Assembly: GCF_006345805.1 (NCBI RefSeq)
Contig: NC_043008.1
Span: 3,038,001-3,102,000, forward strand
Length of the DNA: 64,000 nucleotides
Direction: 5' to 3'
Source: Octopus sinensis
Taxonomy: Eukaryota
The notes beneath the pieces were generated by a model. That model searched no databases. It saw only the letters and a list, made by a program, of their open reading frames with translations, and was not told where the DNA came from. This document shows positions 12,661-25,370 of this stretch, piece by piece; position 1 is the stretch's first letter; each line of letters starts with the position of its first letter. The translations under genes and the position numbers were made by a program.

Positions 12661-13137
12661 ATCAACTTATGTGTTCCTTTTCCACCTTCTACATACATAC
12701 ACATGTAAATAATAGCAAACCAAAAGGACAGTGGAGTTATATTCACATCCAGAATTTTTCATTAAAAAGTTTTCTACAGCATATAGACGAACATATGTTT
12801 CAAATGCAGCAACTACACATTACTCCGTACGCAGTTATGCATCCTAGCCACTGTAATTTCACCAAGGGTCCCCCACATACATATTCATATATATATGTAT
12901 GTATCTATGTATGTGTGTATATATGTATGTATGTGTATGTATGTATGTATGTCTATATTTATACACACATTTATATATGTCTTCACTGTTAGTGTTTTCT
13001 TTATTCCAATGAATTTTTATTCTAATCTAGAATACGATTCTTTCTTTTATGGTAAGAAACTCGAATTACAAACCTAAAAAAATGCATCCATATGTATATT
13101 CTTGGGTGTGTTGTGTATTGATATGCGCACAAAGACG

Positions 13138-13142
<5 letters not shown>

Positions 13143-13207
<65 letters not shown>

Positions 13208-13302
13208 TGTTGTATGTATGTAGATATGTCTGTATGTATGTAAGTGTGTATGTATGTAAGTCTGAACTGTGTTAAACTGCATTCATTTTCGTGTATGTAA
13301 GT

Positions 13303-13377
<75 letters not shown>
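13143..13377. repeat. Two (TA)n microsatellites
   Basis: Direct reading at 13143-13204 and 13305-13377. Confidence 0.9.
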
Positions 13378-13379
<2 letters not shown>

Positions 13380-16009
13380 ACACAATGTCTTAATATTTTA
13401 AGTATTTCTATAAAGAATACAATTTCGTTCTGGAATCCAGCTTCTCTTCAAATCTAGATATTTATTTATAGCAGTCTTGTTACTGAATAACACTGGACTG
13501 ACATGGGCCTAGATTACGTCTTACATTACATTGCAGAGTTCAAAGTTAGATTTGACACAGTTCAATAAAAGTATTCCAATTCTGGTTCTCTTTGAACTGC
13601 ATGCTATGTTACATTTATCACTCACGTTTGGTACAAAAAGAAAGAATTGCTAAGAAAAGTAAATACACTTAAGTACAATATGTTTTGATCTTCCCCAAAG
13701 AGATTCCATGAATTACAACCAAAATCTGATCACATTAAAGAAGCAGAGAAACATTTTCAATTTGTTCCCTACATATTTGGTTTGAAGCAGATCTAAAGTA
13801 ATTTATCTATCTCAAAGATAAATCGCAGGATTAACATATGTCTAGATTATAGAGTAAACGTTTATTGTAGAAGAAATACTTGATAGACAGGCTTTTTAAC
13901 TATTCTTAATGTTTAAGACGGTTTTAGAAAATAATTGGTTAATGTAAAATTATATTTTACCTTGTAACTATCCACTTTGATTCAGACAAGATTAAAAGTA
14001 CCTTTGACGTTATACAAATTGAATATCTATCGCTAGCTGAGCTGCCATCTACCGGTCATACCAGTTAAGGGTTATCGATTTTGTTAACTCAAACAACTTC
14101 CTTAACTATATACATACCAGTTATGTTCTAAAAACAAATGATTCTATTTGTCTACCAGCTGCATACGGTACTTGGTTGCAGGATTACTTGGCAGAGAATG
14201 TCGTGTTGAACATTATATCTGTAACATAAATGATAAACCTAAGATTAATTCTGTACTAAAAAGTGAATTCTAGAGAAAGCAGAATCAGTTTCTCTCAATA
14301 TTGTTTCAGGATTTCCTAACATTCGACATTTCATTAATTCACTGAATTTAAGAAATATAATTTAAATGAAGACATGACAAGTATTTACTCTTCGCATAGC
14401 AACGCCATATTGTCTACATCTTCAAAAATGTTATTGTACGATATATGTGACAAATCAGATCTCATTACACAGTTGATTCTCTGAATATGTTGAATATTTA
14501 TCTTGAAATAGTAAAAATAAACACATATCAATTATATAAATGCTTCATGTAATTTTATTCAAATACTATCCAATTTTATCCCCAATTGAGAGACTTCAGA
14601 ATTAGATAAAGCTTGAGAATTCTAAAGAGAGTTGAAATGATAATACATGGTTTAGTTTAGCAAAGATTATTTGACATAACCTATTTCAGAATTCTATAAA
14701 CATTTTCTCATTTTAGGAGAGTATTCTTTAAGTTTTCTGTGGTCTACTTTTTCAATGAATTAATGGAGATTATTTTTTTCTTTCTGCTGCATTCTGTAGC
14801 TGTGTGCTATAATGTAATTCTGGAACCAATTCATTTCCTAATAATTCAGAAATATTTTATGATATTATTTTAATGTCCAGGTTTTGCAATATATAACTCT
14901 CGCTGAGAAGAATATATAAACAGCCACCAACGATTCAGGTAAGCAAATTATTAACCTGATAAATAATGACGACCATTTTGCCTTTAATGGGTCTATACCT
15001 ATTACTGGAATACACCATATGAATTAAACTGAAATTGTTAAATTGGTTTTACTGTCAGGAAGATTCTGGTTGTTTTTCATTTTATTATTGTTGTTACTGC
15101 TGCTATTGTTCAATAACTTGCCGCATGATAACCCAGAGGTCAATAAATATGATCAAAATGATTCAATGATAACACCCTCGTCTCTGTTATAAAGTTTGCT
15201 CATATAAGACATTCTTCCATTCGCTCCCTTATTTTTCGTCTCTCGCTCTGTGTGTGTCTCTCTCACACTCTCTCTCTACCTATCAATTTATCTATTTCTC
15301 TATGTATCACTTTCGCATTCCCCGCTCAATTTCTCTTTTTCTTTGGTTTGTAAACAATTGGGATTTAAGAAAGATTTCTCTGCGATATCGTGCAAGTCCT
15401 TCGACAACAGTGAGTTTTAAATATTGCTGTGTAAGTATTTCATATTGTATTACAATTGACCTTTGTGGAAACTAATCTGCGCTTTGGACTCTGGATGGCT
15501 GTGATTTATCGCCATCACCGATAGCAATTCAAGCAGGAACGGATGTCCGGAGATTTTGCAAGCAGGTGAGTAAATATTGAACAAGGTTATAAGAGTGTGA
15601 TTTGATGAGAGAGAAAAAGATTGAGTAACAGGAGGACAGATACAAATGAGTCTTGTCTGATATTGGAAAGTTTAACGGAAACAGATGAAAATTTGCCGTA
15701 CAAATTTCTTGAAACTCATAAATTATTTGAAAACGGAAGAGAGTTTAGCGAAAAGAAATCACGTGATTTAGATGCGGCAGAGATGAAGAAAGTGCATAGT
15801 GATATTAATGCTTCGATAAAATCTGCAGCATTGCTTGGAATTTTTCATTTCTTTTAAATGAACACATCTTGACCTATTTAATATTTGACGTTAGATAAAG
15901 CCTCGTCTAGTTAATGCTTTCATATAAACTTTTATTCTTTTCTTATTTTACCAAAAAATGCTGATACAATATGCTTTATATTCACCGTCCAGACGGTGAA
16001 TTTGTTTTA

Positions 16010-16075
16010 CAGGGAATTTTCCTATGCGGGGAAATTTCATACCAGGCATTTTCCTACGGCGAATCTTCCCACGGA
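16010..16075. repeat. Short degenerate ~15-bp tandem motif (GGNRAWTTTCCTAY), possibly a DNA-transposon subterminal repeat
   Basis: gggaattttcctatgcg / gggaaatttcatacc / aggcattttcctac / ggcgaatcttcccac. Confidence 0.4.
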
Positions 16076-16402
16076 TGGTCGAACGTACGAACGAAATTGG
16101 GGCAATTGTAGCATTGATAACATATATGGAAGAAAGAAAGACAGGGAATCTATAGCAAAAACTTTGATTTTCACAAAATGGCTGTAGGTTGGTGTGTGCG
16201 TTTGCGAATCAGGAGGACAAGTTGGTTTTGAATAACATCTAATATGGGTTTTTTTTTATAAAGAAATATTATGATTCTAAGGCGATAGCAGATTTTTATA
16301 ACATTTTAGCCGAGGCTAGACTTGATTCCATCAGTTAGAAAACTATAATGTTTTCAGCACTGGCCTTTCATTTATTTTTATTTATATTATTCAGAAATAA
16401 TT

Positions 16403-16619
16403 TCGCGACAAGCTGCCAGAATCGTTAGCAGGCTGCGCAAAATACACAGCAGCGTTTTGTACGTGTTAGCGTTCTGAGCACAAATTCTGCCAATTCCTTC
16501 CTTTCATCCTTTCGAGGTCGATAAAATAAGTACCAGCTGAAGACTGGGGTCGAGGTAATCGACTAACTTCTCTCTGGAAATTGCTGACCTGTTGCCAATA
16601 TTTGAAACCATTATTATTC
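16403..16619 (+). mobile_element. SINE family 1, older copy
   Basis: gctgccagaatcgttagca...ctttcatcctttcgaggtcgataaaataagtaccag...ctggggtcga...attattatt tail. Confidence 0.8.
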
Positions 16620-18649
16620 GGAAATAATATATCAAGGGCTATTGATATCCGATATGTCATTCTGTTATCAGAAATGGTAGAGCATGGCATGAGAGAGAGA
16701 GAGAGGTGACTATTGTTTCTTGATGACCGAGCGATAATGCAAAGGAACCTACGTTGAGGGAATTGTGTTTATTTTGAGTCTCAATAGGTCAAATTCTTTA
16801 CAGATTGATATCACATCATGTGTAACGAAATTGTTTTACTGAAATTTTCAAACACAACCAACAAATTTGAAAGTTTCCAATAGATTTGCTGCTGCAGTAA
16901 ATTGTGCAAGAGAGAAATGAAGCGATAAACAAAGAGTCAGAATTAAAGAGCACCCAAAGGAATATGATATCGGAACATTTTTCAAATTATGCTGAAACGC
17001 TGATTATTTCTCGGTTATATCAGAGAGACTCACCGTGTTGTGGATAGAGTTAACTTATATTTTTGTCAATAAAATAGATATGGACTTTGTTCAGAATATA
17101 AACAAGATCATGTGGAAAACTTTTAGATATAAAAAAAAACATTGCTTGAATCATGTTCCTTTAAGGTGACCGATGGTCATATGAAGAGAGCTAGGGAAGA
17201 TGCTGACACACGAAACGAAGTTTTTGATGGATTATCACTTGTATGTGTTATTGTTTGCTATACTTTTTCTATCATTGTAAAACCTATGCTAGTATATCTC
17301 TTTCGTGTATGCAAGTTAGTGTTGGATGCAAATCATAAGAAAACCTAGAATCTTTCTTTCTCTACTCTCATTTTCGAGGATTAGTGAACTTTACCAAAGA
17401 TCATGCATCGAACTGACGTCAGACTAGAAAGACGTGTAAAGAATCCCTGTATGTGGACCGCAATATACCACACAATACCGTTTCATACTGAAGGTATTCT
17501 GTTATGCGGTGGAAAACACCATCAGATTATAAAGAAGAAGGCTTTTTCCAGCCTTTATATTTAACGCTTTCAATACGTATTACTGCGAAACAGAATGGTG
17601 GCAGCGAGTGTTAGGCAGCAATAGAAAATGACTAATTCAACGTGTCATCTCTTCATTTAAAGACAATCCAAATGAAAAAATAAATATAAATTTATTATTT
17701 TAACTTGGCAGCATTAAAAAGCAGCAACGTTGTGTTTTTATTTGTTTTGATAATTATTGAAGCATCGGTTAATGGTAGTGAAAGACGAATTCACACGAAT
17801 AATGGTTCCATTTACTGAGTGAAGAAAAACTATGCAGTGAACAATGAAACCAACACATTGTTAATAAGTTACTAGCAGTGCCTAGACTTATTTCCGGCGT
17901 CTAAAATTTGCAGCTAGTATAATCAGCAGTGATAATGGCAAGTGACGCTTCCAGGAATAAGACATAGCGAATTTCAATATTAATCTTTATGTAACGATGC
18001 GGAAATGACAACAAACTAAATCATTGAAATGATGCAGAAAAATTCTTCGAAATAAATGAGGCTGGAAGAGAAATATTTTAGCTATTTTTGTCTTTCCTCT
18101 TGACAGACAGCATAGAACAAGAAGATTTTAAAGATATATTAACTCTAATTTTATGAAATGCTTTTTTTCTCTCTCTCTCTTTCTATTTATTTAGTAGAAA
18201 TTGATTTTAAAAGATACTTTAGATCATAAAACATTGCATCATGTTAGCTGAACAAAAGTTGATCTTTAAAACTCAACTGACCTATAAATATCTCCAAATA
18301 TTCATACTACATAGAAATTTATTTATAACTACAATTGGTAAATGGAATTTTGTGATTTCACCAGAAAAAATATTTTGCTAAATATATTTTAGAACAAAAT
18401 TATAATTACGTATTAAATAGACGAGGAAAGCTGAAGGACATATCGTCTTTCTGTTTCAGTGAATGACAATTTTAGCAAAAATAAAGCTCATTTCCTGTGT
18501 ATGTAATTGTTGATATTGTTTGTATTTGAAGTCTTGTATTTCTAAATAAAAAAATAAATGAAATATGCATTTATTGCTTGAGAATTGCTAAGAAATCTTT
18601 TATAAAATTCTCAATAGAATTATGAACTGATATGAATAATGATAAGAAG

Positions 18650-18855
18650 AATAATAATAACAACAACAACAACAACAATAATAATAATAATAATAACAAC
18701 AATAATGTGAAGGAGTAGGACGACGACGACGACGACGACAACAACGAGGAGGAAGACGAGGTGGAGGACGAGGAGGTGGAGTACGACGACGGAAAGGAGG
18801 ACGTGGGGGGCCAGGAGGGAGTAGCTGGTGATGATGATGATGGCGACGACGACTA
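18650..18855. repeat. Compound trinucleotide tract (AAT/AAC/GAC/GAG/GAT)
   Basis: Direct reading. Confidence 0.9.
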
Positions 18856-19248
18856 TGTTATTATTATGATCAAAAAGTAAAAATGAGAAAAAGCGACGTT
18901 GAAGATATTTATTGATGGTGAGATCTAACCCGAGGGGAAAATATTTCTTTAAAAAGACTTATTTAATATATGAAATATAAAGACAAATGTATTTTAAAGC
19001 ATGTCTTTGTATGCTTGTCATAACGAACCTGATTTATTTTCAAAGTATGATGAAGTCACACATGTTTGAAAACGAAAGTTTTGAATAACATTTTCTTCAA
19101 GCGCTTGACTCGAACTCAGATCTTGAACTGTGGAAATAATTTATAGAATATTGTGCCGTGGCATAACTACAGTCCTTGAACCATTTTAAACGGCTTTTTT
19201 ATAATTCCGTCACTTAACTGCAAAACAACAAAAGAATAATAATAATAA

Positions 19249-19640
19249 TCTTTTCTATTAGAGGGAAACGTCTGAAATTTGATGGGAGGGGTACTAATCG
19301 ATGTAATCGATCTCAGAGTTTCACTGCTACTGAATTTATCGACCGCGAAAAGATGAAAGGTAAAGTTGACCTCGGCGGAATTTGAACTCAGAACTTAGCG
19401 ACTTTTGAGACACATTTTGGCCGGCGTGCTAACGATTCTGCCAACAATAAGATTACATTATTTTCTACCCCATGGGTCCAGTTGATTAAATCGACCCCAG
19501 TACGCAACTGATACTTTATCGACCCCGAAATATGAAATGCAAAGTCAGCCTCGGCGGAATTTGAACTCAGAACGTGGAGACTGACGAAATGCCACTCAGC
19601 ATTTTTCCAGCGTGCTAACGTTTCTGCCAGCTCGCCGCCT

Positions 19641-19641
<1 letters not shown>
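19249..19641 (-). mobile_element. Two tandem copies of SINE family 1
   Basis: Two occurrences of cctcggcggaatttgaactcagaac...gcgtgctaacg.ttctgcca (about 19249-19445 and 19460-19641). Confidence 0.85.
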
Positions 19642-19720
<79 letters not shown>

Positions 19721-19755
19721 TGATGACGATGATGATGATGATGATGATGATGATG
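19642..19755. repeat. (AAT)n(GAT)n microsatellite
   Basis: Direct reading. Confidence 0.95.
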
Positions 19756-19789
19756 TATTGCAATAATAATTGTAGAGACGAAGATAATA

Positions 19790-20150
19790 ATCATGACCAA
19801 CATCAAAGAGATGGTGAAGACCTATATGACAAAAAGATACCAAAAACAAACATATTCGGAGATATGCAAATGAACAAAGACGGTGAAGGGGAAGGAGAAG
19901 CGGCCAAATACATCAGTCCCAACAGACGATAATGTATTTTTTCAATAGCTGGAGTAATTATTAGATATAAATATTTAGAGAAGATACATCCCGAATGTGT
20001 GGATAAGGAATCTCTATTAAAGAAGGCCCTTCGGGAATATCACAAATATAAAAGCAAATACGTAGCTCCAACTACAAAACTTACAAATATGCAAAACATT
20101 GAGAAACCTAGCACTGCTCGCCGGAAAACAATTATTATGTGGGATGTTGC
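19790..20150 (+). mobile_element. Very decayed R4/Dong-type endonuclease region
   Basis: TNIFGDMQMNKD and YKYLE..SRMCG weakly echo the better-preserved copy at 38087-38530. Confidence 0.35.
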
Positions 20151-20273
20151 AATACATTGAAAGAAGAAGACCCCAGGAAAACTCTGCACAAACACCTGGT
20201 GCTCAGTCATATTAAAATATGAATAACAAACACCACGGCGACGACGGCGAAGATGATCAACATCAATCATAAC

Positions 20274-20673
20274 AATCCTCTTTATTATAGGCACAAGTCC
20301 TGACATTTAAGGTAGAGGAATAATTGATTACATCGACCCCAGTACTCAACTGGTATCTATTTTATTGACTCCCAAAGGATGAAAGGAAAAGTCGACCTCA
20401 GCGGAATTTGAACGCAGAACATGAAGACGGAAGAAATACCTATTTCTTTACTGCCCACAAGGGGCTAAACACAGAGGGGACAAACAAGGACAGACAAACG
20501 GGCTAAGTCGATTATATCGACCACAGTGCGTAACTGGTACTTATTTAATCGACCCCGAAAGGATGAAAGGCAAAGTCGACCTCGGCGGAATTTGAACTCA
20601 GAACGTAACGGCAGACTAAATACAGCTAAGCATTTCGCCCGGCGTGCTAACGTTTCTGCCATCTCGCCGCCTT
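20274..20673 (-). mobile_element. SINE family 1 dimer (full monomer 20441-20673 joined to a 5'-truncated monomer 20274-20440)
   Basis: Two central domains; junction gaaatacc|tatttctttactgcccacaagggg; the head has A-box-like tggcagaaacgtt and B-box gagttcaaattcc. Confidence 0.9.
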
Positions 20674-20734
20674 GTACAACAATAATAATAATTATAACAG
20701 TTATTATAAAGCTATTATGAAAAAAAAAACAATA

Positions 20735-20880
20735 TGAAAAGCATTGCGATACCTGTTATCGTCGAGGCCCACAATGAAACAGTTCGAAACAGAAAAGTCC
20801 AGAGACATCAAGCAGCGCAAAATACATGCTTAAAAGAATGGCACTGTGCACATTTTACGAAGAGAACTATCACCTTAAAT
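20735..20880 (+). mobile_element. R4/Dong-type LINE C-terminal remnant
   Basis: KSIAIPVIVEA and GTVHILRRELSP* match the IPVIVGALG...GTAHILRKxLS* terminus; follows an AAT tract. Confidence 0.5.
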
Positions 20881-20965
20881 GTCCAAGTATTATAAGGTAT
20901 TTTAAAGAGCATTCATGTAAACAAGTGCCTGTTTAAGAAGAAGAAAATGAAAAAGGAGGAGAAAA

Positions 20966-21028
20966 AGAAGAAGAAGAAGAAGAAGAAGAAGAAGAAGAAG
21001 AAGAAGAAGAAGAAGAAGAAGAAGAAGA
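20966..21028. repeat. (AAG)n microsatellite
   Basis: Direct reading. Confidence 0.95.
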
Positions 21029-21510
21029 ATGTCTTCTTTATTAATGACTAAGTGTTCATATCAGAAAAACCTCACTGAGGACTATACAAGACAGAACAAT
21101 GTGGGGTTACAGAAAATGGAACGACTGTAAACAGTTTTAACTATGAATCGTTCCCCAAATGACTTGTTAGGTCTGCCCATGGGAGGCTGACAAAAGGCCT
21201 TCTCTATCGTCTGTACGCGAATGCTTATCAGAGAGCAGGTGGGTTGTCGTTTTCTCGTGTCTTCTGCTGAGTGTCAAGTCAGGTTTTGTAGTGTACTAAA
21301 TATGAAGTTTGCAAGGGAAGCATTGCACGGACGCCTCATCGCACTGATACACGGGTCCATCTGCTGCCCTACTTCATTACGCTCTGGTGCAAAAGCTTTG
21401 ACTCCGCCAAAAGACTATCATGAATTACATGTAATAACCAAAAACACACTTCGCCACGAGATTATTACAATACATTTACTACCCGCATTTTGATATATCA
21501 ATGATCTTTG

Positions 21511-21745
21511 AAGGCGGTGAGTTGGCAGAATCGTTAGCACACCGGTTGAAATGCGTAGCCGTATTTTGTCTGCCGTTACGTTCTGAGTTCAAATTCTGCC
21601 GAGGTCGACTTTGCCTTTCATCCTTCCGGGGTCGATAAATTAAGTACCAGTTACGCACTGTGGTCGATGTAATCGATTTAATCCCTTTGTCTGTCCTTGT
21701 TTGTCCCCTCTATATTTAGCCCCTTGTGGGTAATAAATAAACAGA
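21511..21745 (+). mobile_element. SINE family 1, full-length tRNA-derived copy
   Basis: aaggcggtgagttggcagaatcgttagc (A-box region), gagttcaaattc (B-box), gtcgactttgcctttcatccttccggggtcgataaattaagtaccag, tail ccccttgtgggtaataaa. Confidence 0.9.
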
Positions 21746-22254
21746 TAGATCAAGAATCTCAATGTGTTTCAGTTATTTAAGTGTACAAAAAAACGTATCA
21801 GTGCTCTTGCAAACTCTTGAATATGTTCTTCAGTCAAGGTTGCATAGTGTTACTTTATAGGATTCTATCAGACATTTGCTTTTGTGTCAGTATGTTCTTG
21901 TACAAATTTCATGTTGATCTAACAATGTTCTTTTAAATCATATTTAGTTACGTTATCGTCTGGAATATGCCAACGAAAATCATTGCTTTTGATGCAACGA
22001 ATACCGTTGTCGCCCACATTCTGCGTTTAAATGATGAGAATTTTCATTCCAAACTAATTAATTAATAATTTTCTTAGAAAATAATTTCTTATAGATAATG
22101 ATTCCTCGCAAATAATACCAATTTCTTGAAAATAATTATTCTTTACAAATACACATTTTCAATAATGATGACGACGGCGGAGGTGGTGGCCACGACGGTA
22201 TTCGGATTGAAAACGATGACGACGACGACAACCAGATATGGCTATGTTGAGTAA

Positions 22255-22265
22255 AAGTAGTAGTG

Positions 22266-22305
<40 letters not shown>

Positions 22306-22334
22306 CAGCAGCAGCAGCTGTAGCAGCGGTAGCA

Positions 22335-22413
<79 letters not shown>

Positions 22414-22425
22414 AGGTGGTGGTGT
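22255..22425. repeat. (AGT)n/(AGC)n/(GGT)n tract
   Basis: Direct reading. Confidence 0.95.
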
Positions 22426-22537
22426 TGGGATTGCGGGAATATAAATGGTTGGGTTTTTAATCACTAAATCGAATGAATACAAAGAAACCTATTGCAAGAG
22501 GACTGCGATCCAGAGCCGCTTTGGGAATCAGAAGATG

Positions 22538-22614
22538 ATGCTTAACGTCGACGGAAGTTCTATGCTTAACGTCGACGGAAGTTCTATGCTTAACATCGAC
22601 GGAAGTCCTATGCT
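22538..22614. repeat. 24-bp minisatellite, about 3.2 copies
   Basis: atgcttaacgtcgacggaagttct twice, atgcttaacatcgacggaagtcct, then atgct. Confidence 0.9.
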
Positions 22615-22679
22615 CAAATTTCATACTTCGACATACGGTCGTTCACCTAGATTGCCAACTTTTGTGCTTCTCCGCCCAG

Positions 22680-23700
22680 ACTACAGATGAGATGCATCAA
22701 CGTTTCACTTTAAATATTTGTTCAGCAGTTGTTTGCCATGTTCTCTTGTCTGCGTCTTTTCACTACGTTAAATCTTCCTGACATTCAGCTTTAGCAATTC
22801 TCTTCGTCTGCCCCCATCTCCTGCAGATGCTCGTCAAGAGGTCGCCTAATACATCTGGCACGAATTCGTAAATCTCGAAAGAAATTCCATTTGAATCGGC
22901 CTTGTACTCCTCCACGTGTAATTACTCATTACCTCTTGTATTTCTGCGTCTGTGAACTTTCCGTCTCTTCATCATAGTCGAATTGTTTTCCTCTTGTCTG
23001 TTTCTGTATAGCACTTGCTATCCGTTGAACGCTATTTATAATGATATCTCCCCAATCCAGGTACACCAAAGCTAGCAGTTGCTGTCTGCCCACGTCAAAT
23101 GTGTCCTGGCTAATTAACAAATGCACTAATCATCTCATTGTAGTCATTGAGCAGCTGTACATATGCGTTCAACAACTAATACCCAGCTCTCTGTATAAAG
23201 TTATAAACCACTTTTCTTATTGCAAACTTAAGGTCTGTGCAGTCGATCAATCTGCAGTGTCAATATACAATGGTATCGCTATCCACTGGTGTCACAAAGA
23301 TTTTCCTAGTATTGTAAGGACGAATATTTATGGTTGTTTTATGCCTAAATTTGGTACCAGAGAAATCCTGTTTCTTCCTCTCAGAGCGACAATATCTAAG
23401 TAAATTTTCGAGTATTTTGAATCCCTCTCTTCCATATGCAAGTATCAGACAACCCTGCTATGCTTTTAAAATGCTCTTCGACTCCGCAGATTTCGGACAC
23501 CCGCAGCATGACTTTTAAGATACGTCTGGACAATAAAACTGTCCTTCTTTGTTGGATCATGAACATTCATTATTCTAATGGCAGCGCTTTATATACCACT
23601 CAAGAATAGGACTTTCAGATGACTGTCTGTCTTCGGGTGACTTCTCTGTACCCCGAAACATAACATAATTCTCAAAGGCAAAATTTTCCCTACCACAAAT
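22680..23700 (-). mobile_element. Decayed RTE-like LINE RT/C-terminal region
   Basis: Minus ORF has VYLDWGDII...IASAI..QTRGKQF (YLG..I...R...W..F pattern) and a downstream R..RTW-like terminus; many stops. Confidence 0.45.
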
Positions 23701-24588
23701 TTGTGTAAATGATGTTTTATACTTGGCAGATTAACAAATTTTACCAGAGGGCGAAATATATTTAGAAATATAACTAACATAATATGAATGATTTTCCTTT
23801 AAAATATTTCGCTTATTTTAACGAGAAATGATTGTCTTTTAGAGTGAGTTTCTTGACAAGCATTTGAACGCTTGAAATATAATTTTATGGTAAAGATCTT
23901 TTTTATGATAAACTAAATAAAAATATCTATTAAAATCAGAATATTCAGGAAACCTAAAAACTAATCATCCGTTTCTATAACCAAATGTTTTAATGTTTAG
24001 TTACATAAATTTATTTGTCATAGTCTAGAACAGGGAATGATGTATACGTTTCTGTTCGCGCAAGGGTTCTGTTATGATGTCACATAAATAAGACTACTCT
24101 TGTATTTTGAGACAATAATACTCGTATAATATATTGACGTTCTAGGCTGTTTTCCAAGAAATTTTGAAAGCAACGTGAAAAAGTATGATACGTGAGATAG
24201 AGAGAGAGAGAAAGGAGTTGATCAAGGAAGAAAACAGGAGAGTCTCTAGACAAATTATATCACTAAATCAAAACAATAAAAAACGAAAATTATATATAAA
24301 GAATTTTTTATTACTTCATTGCCAAACAAATATAGACGATTAAACATGAATTTACTGTTTCGTTTGCCGACCGCATTTTGCCAGGAAATATTTTACTGAT
24401 CGGTTGATGATGAACAATCAAAAGTCACAGTCCTAAGTTAGTGATTATCTCCGTAGGAAAAACATCATTCCATGAAATATGTAAATATAAGTTTGTAGAT
24501 CGTGATGAGGACGGTGAGCCTCCTTTTTTGAACCGCAGTTTTTCAAGACTGAAAACATGACAAAGTGATAGGGCAGAATTTGGCTAAT

Positions 24589-24827
24589 CTTTATCTTTTA
24601 TCTTTCACCTCTTTCAGACATTAGATTGGGGTCATCCCTGTACTTACTTTTGTAAAGCTCAGTATTTACCATATCGGTCCCTTTTGCCAAACCTGTGACG
24701 TACGGCTACGTAAAAACACACCGAAACCGTTCGTCAAGCGCTGCAGAGGAAGAGACAAACACACACAAACACGCAACACTCGCGCGTACACACACACATA
24801 TATATATATGTATGCATATATGTATGC

Positions 24828-24918
<91 letters not shown>

Positions 24919-25205
24919 ATATATATATATATGTATATATATATATGTATGTAGGTATGTATGCATATGTATATGGCGATCAGTTAGTTGTCAGAATAAT
25001 ACTCAGAGTTTTAGATGCCAGAGCTAAAATCTACGAGACATCCTCATCAGTTATTAAGACATCTGAAACTCTGAGTATTATTACCACTACTAACTGATTG
25101 TCCTATATTATATATTTATATATATTATATATATTATATATTCTTCTATTTACATAATATGGAGGGTTCATTCATTCTTTTGTTCTCATATTATTATTAT
25201 TATTA

Positions 25206-25257
<52 letters not shown>

Positions 25258-25370
25258 ATATATATATAATATATATATATTATATATATATATTGGTATG
25301 TATATACTCCGACTCTCCTTCAGTTTCCGTCTACCAAATTCAAACTCAGGGTTTTGGGAAGGATAAAACG
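24589..25370 (-). mobile_element. SINE family 2 copy split at its internal microsatellite by later insertions
   Basis: Tail at 24589-24790 (tctttta...ttttgccaaacc...cgtaaaaacacacc) and body at 25305-25370 (ttcagtttccgtctaccaaattc) flank TA/TTA tracts and the hammerhead inverted repeat. Confidence 0.6.
24995..25055 (-). ncRNA. Type-I hammerhead ribozyme motif (G12A in this copy)
   Basis: Reverse complement: AAUAA-CUGAUGA-GGAUGUC(17-nt loop)GGCAUCU-AAAA-CUC-U-GAG-UA-UUAUU. All three stems pair; the adjacent inverted half-copy keeps GAAA. Confidence 0.75.

Noticed and set aside
22538-22614. CRISPR-like array
   Set aside because: Units are directly adjacent without spacers, in eukaryotic DNA with no cas genes.
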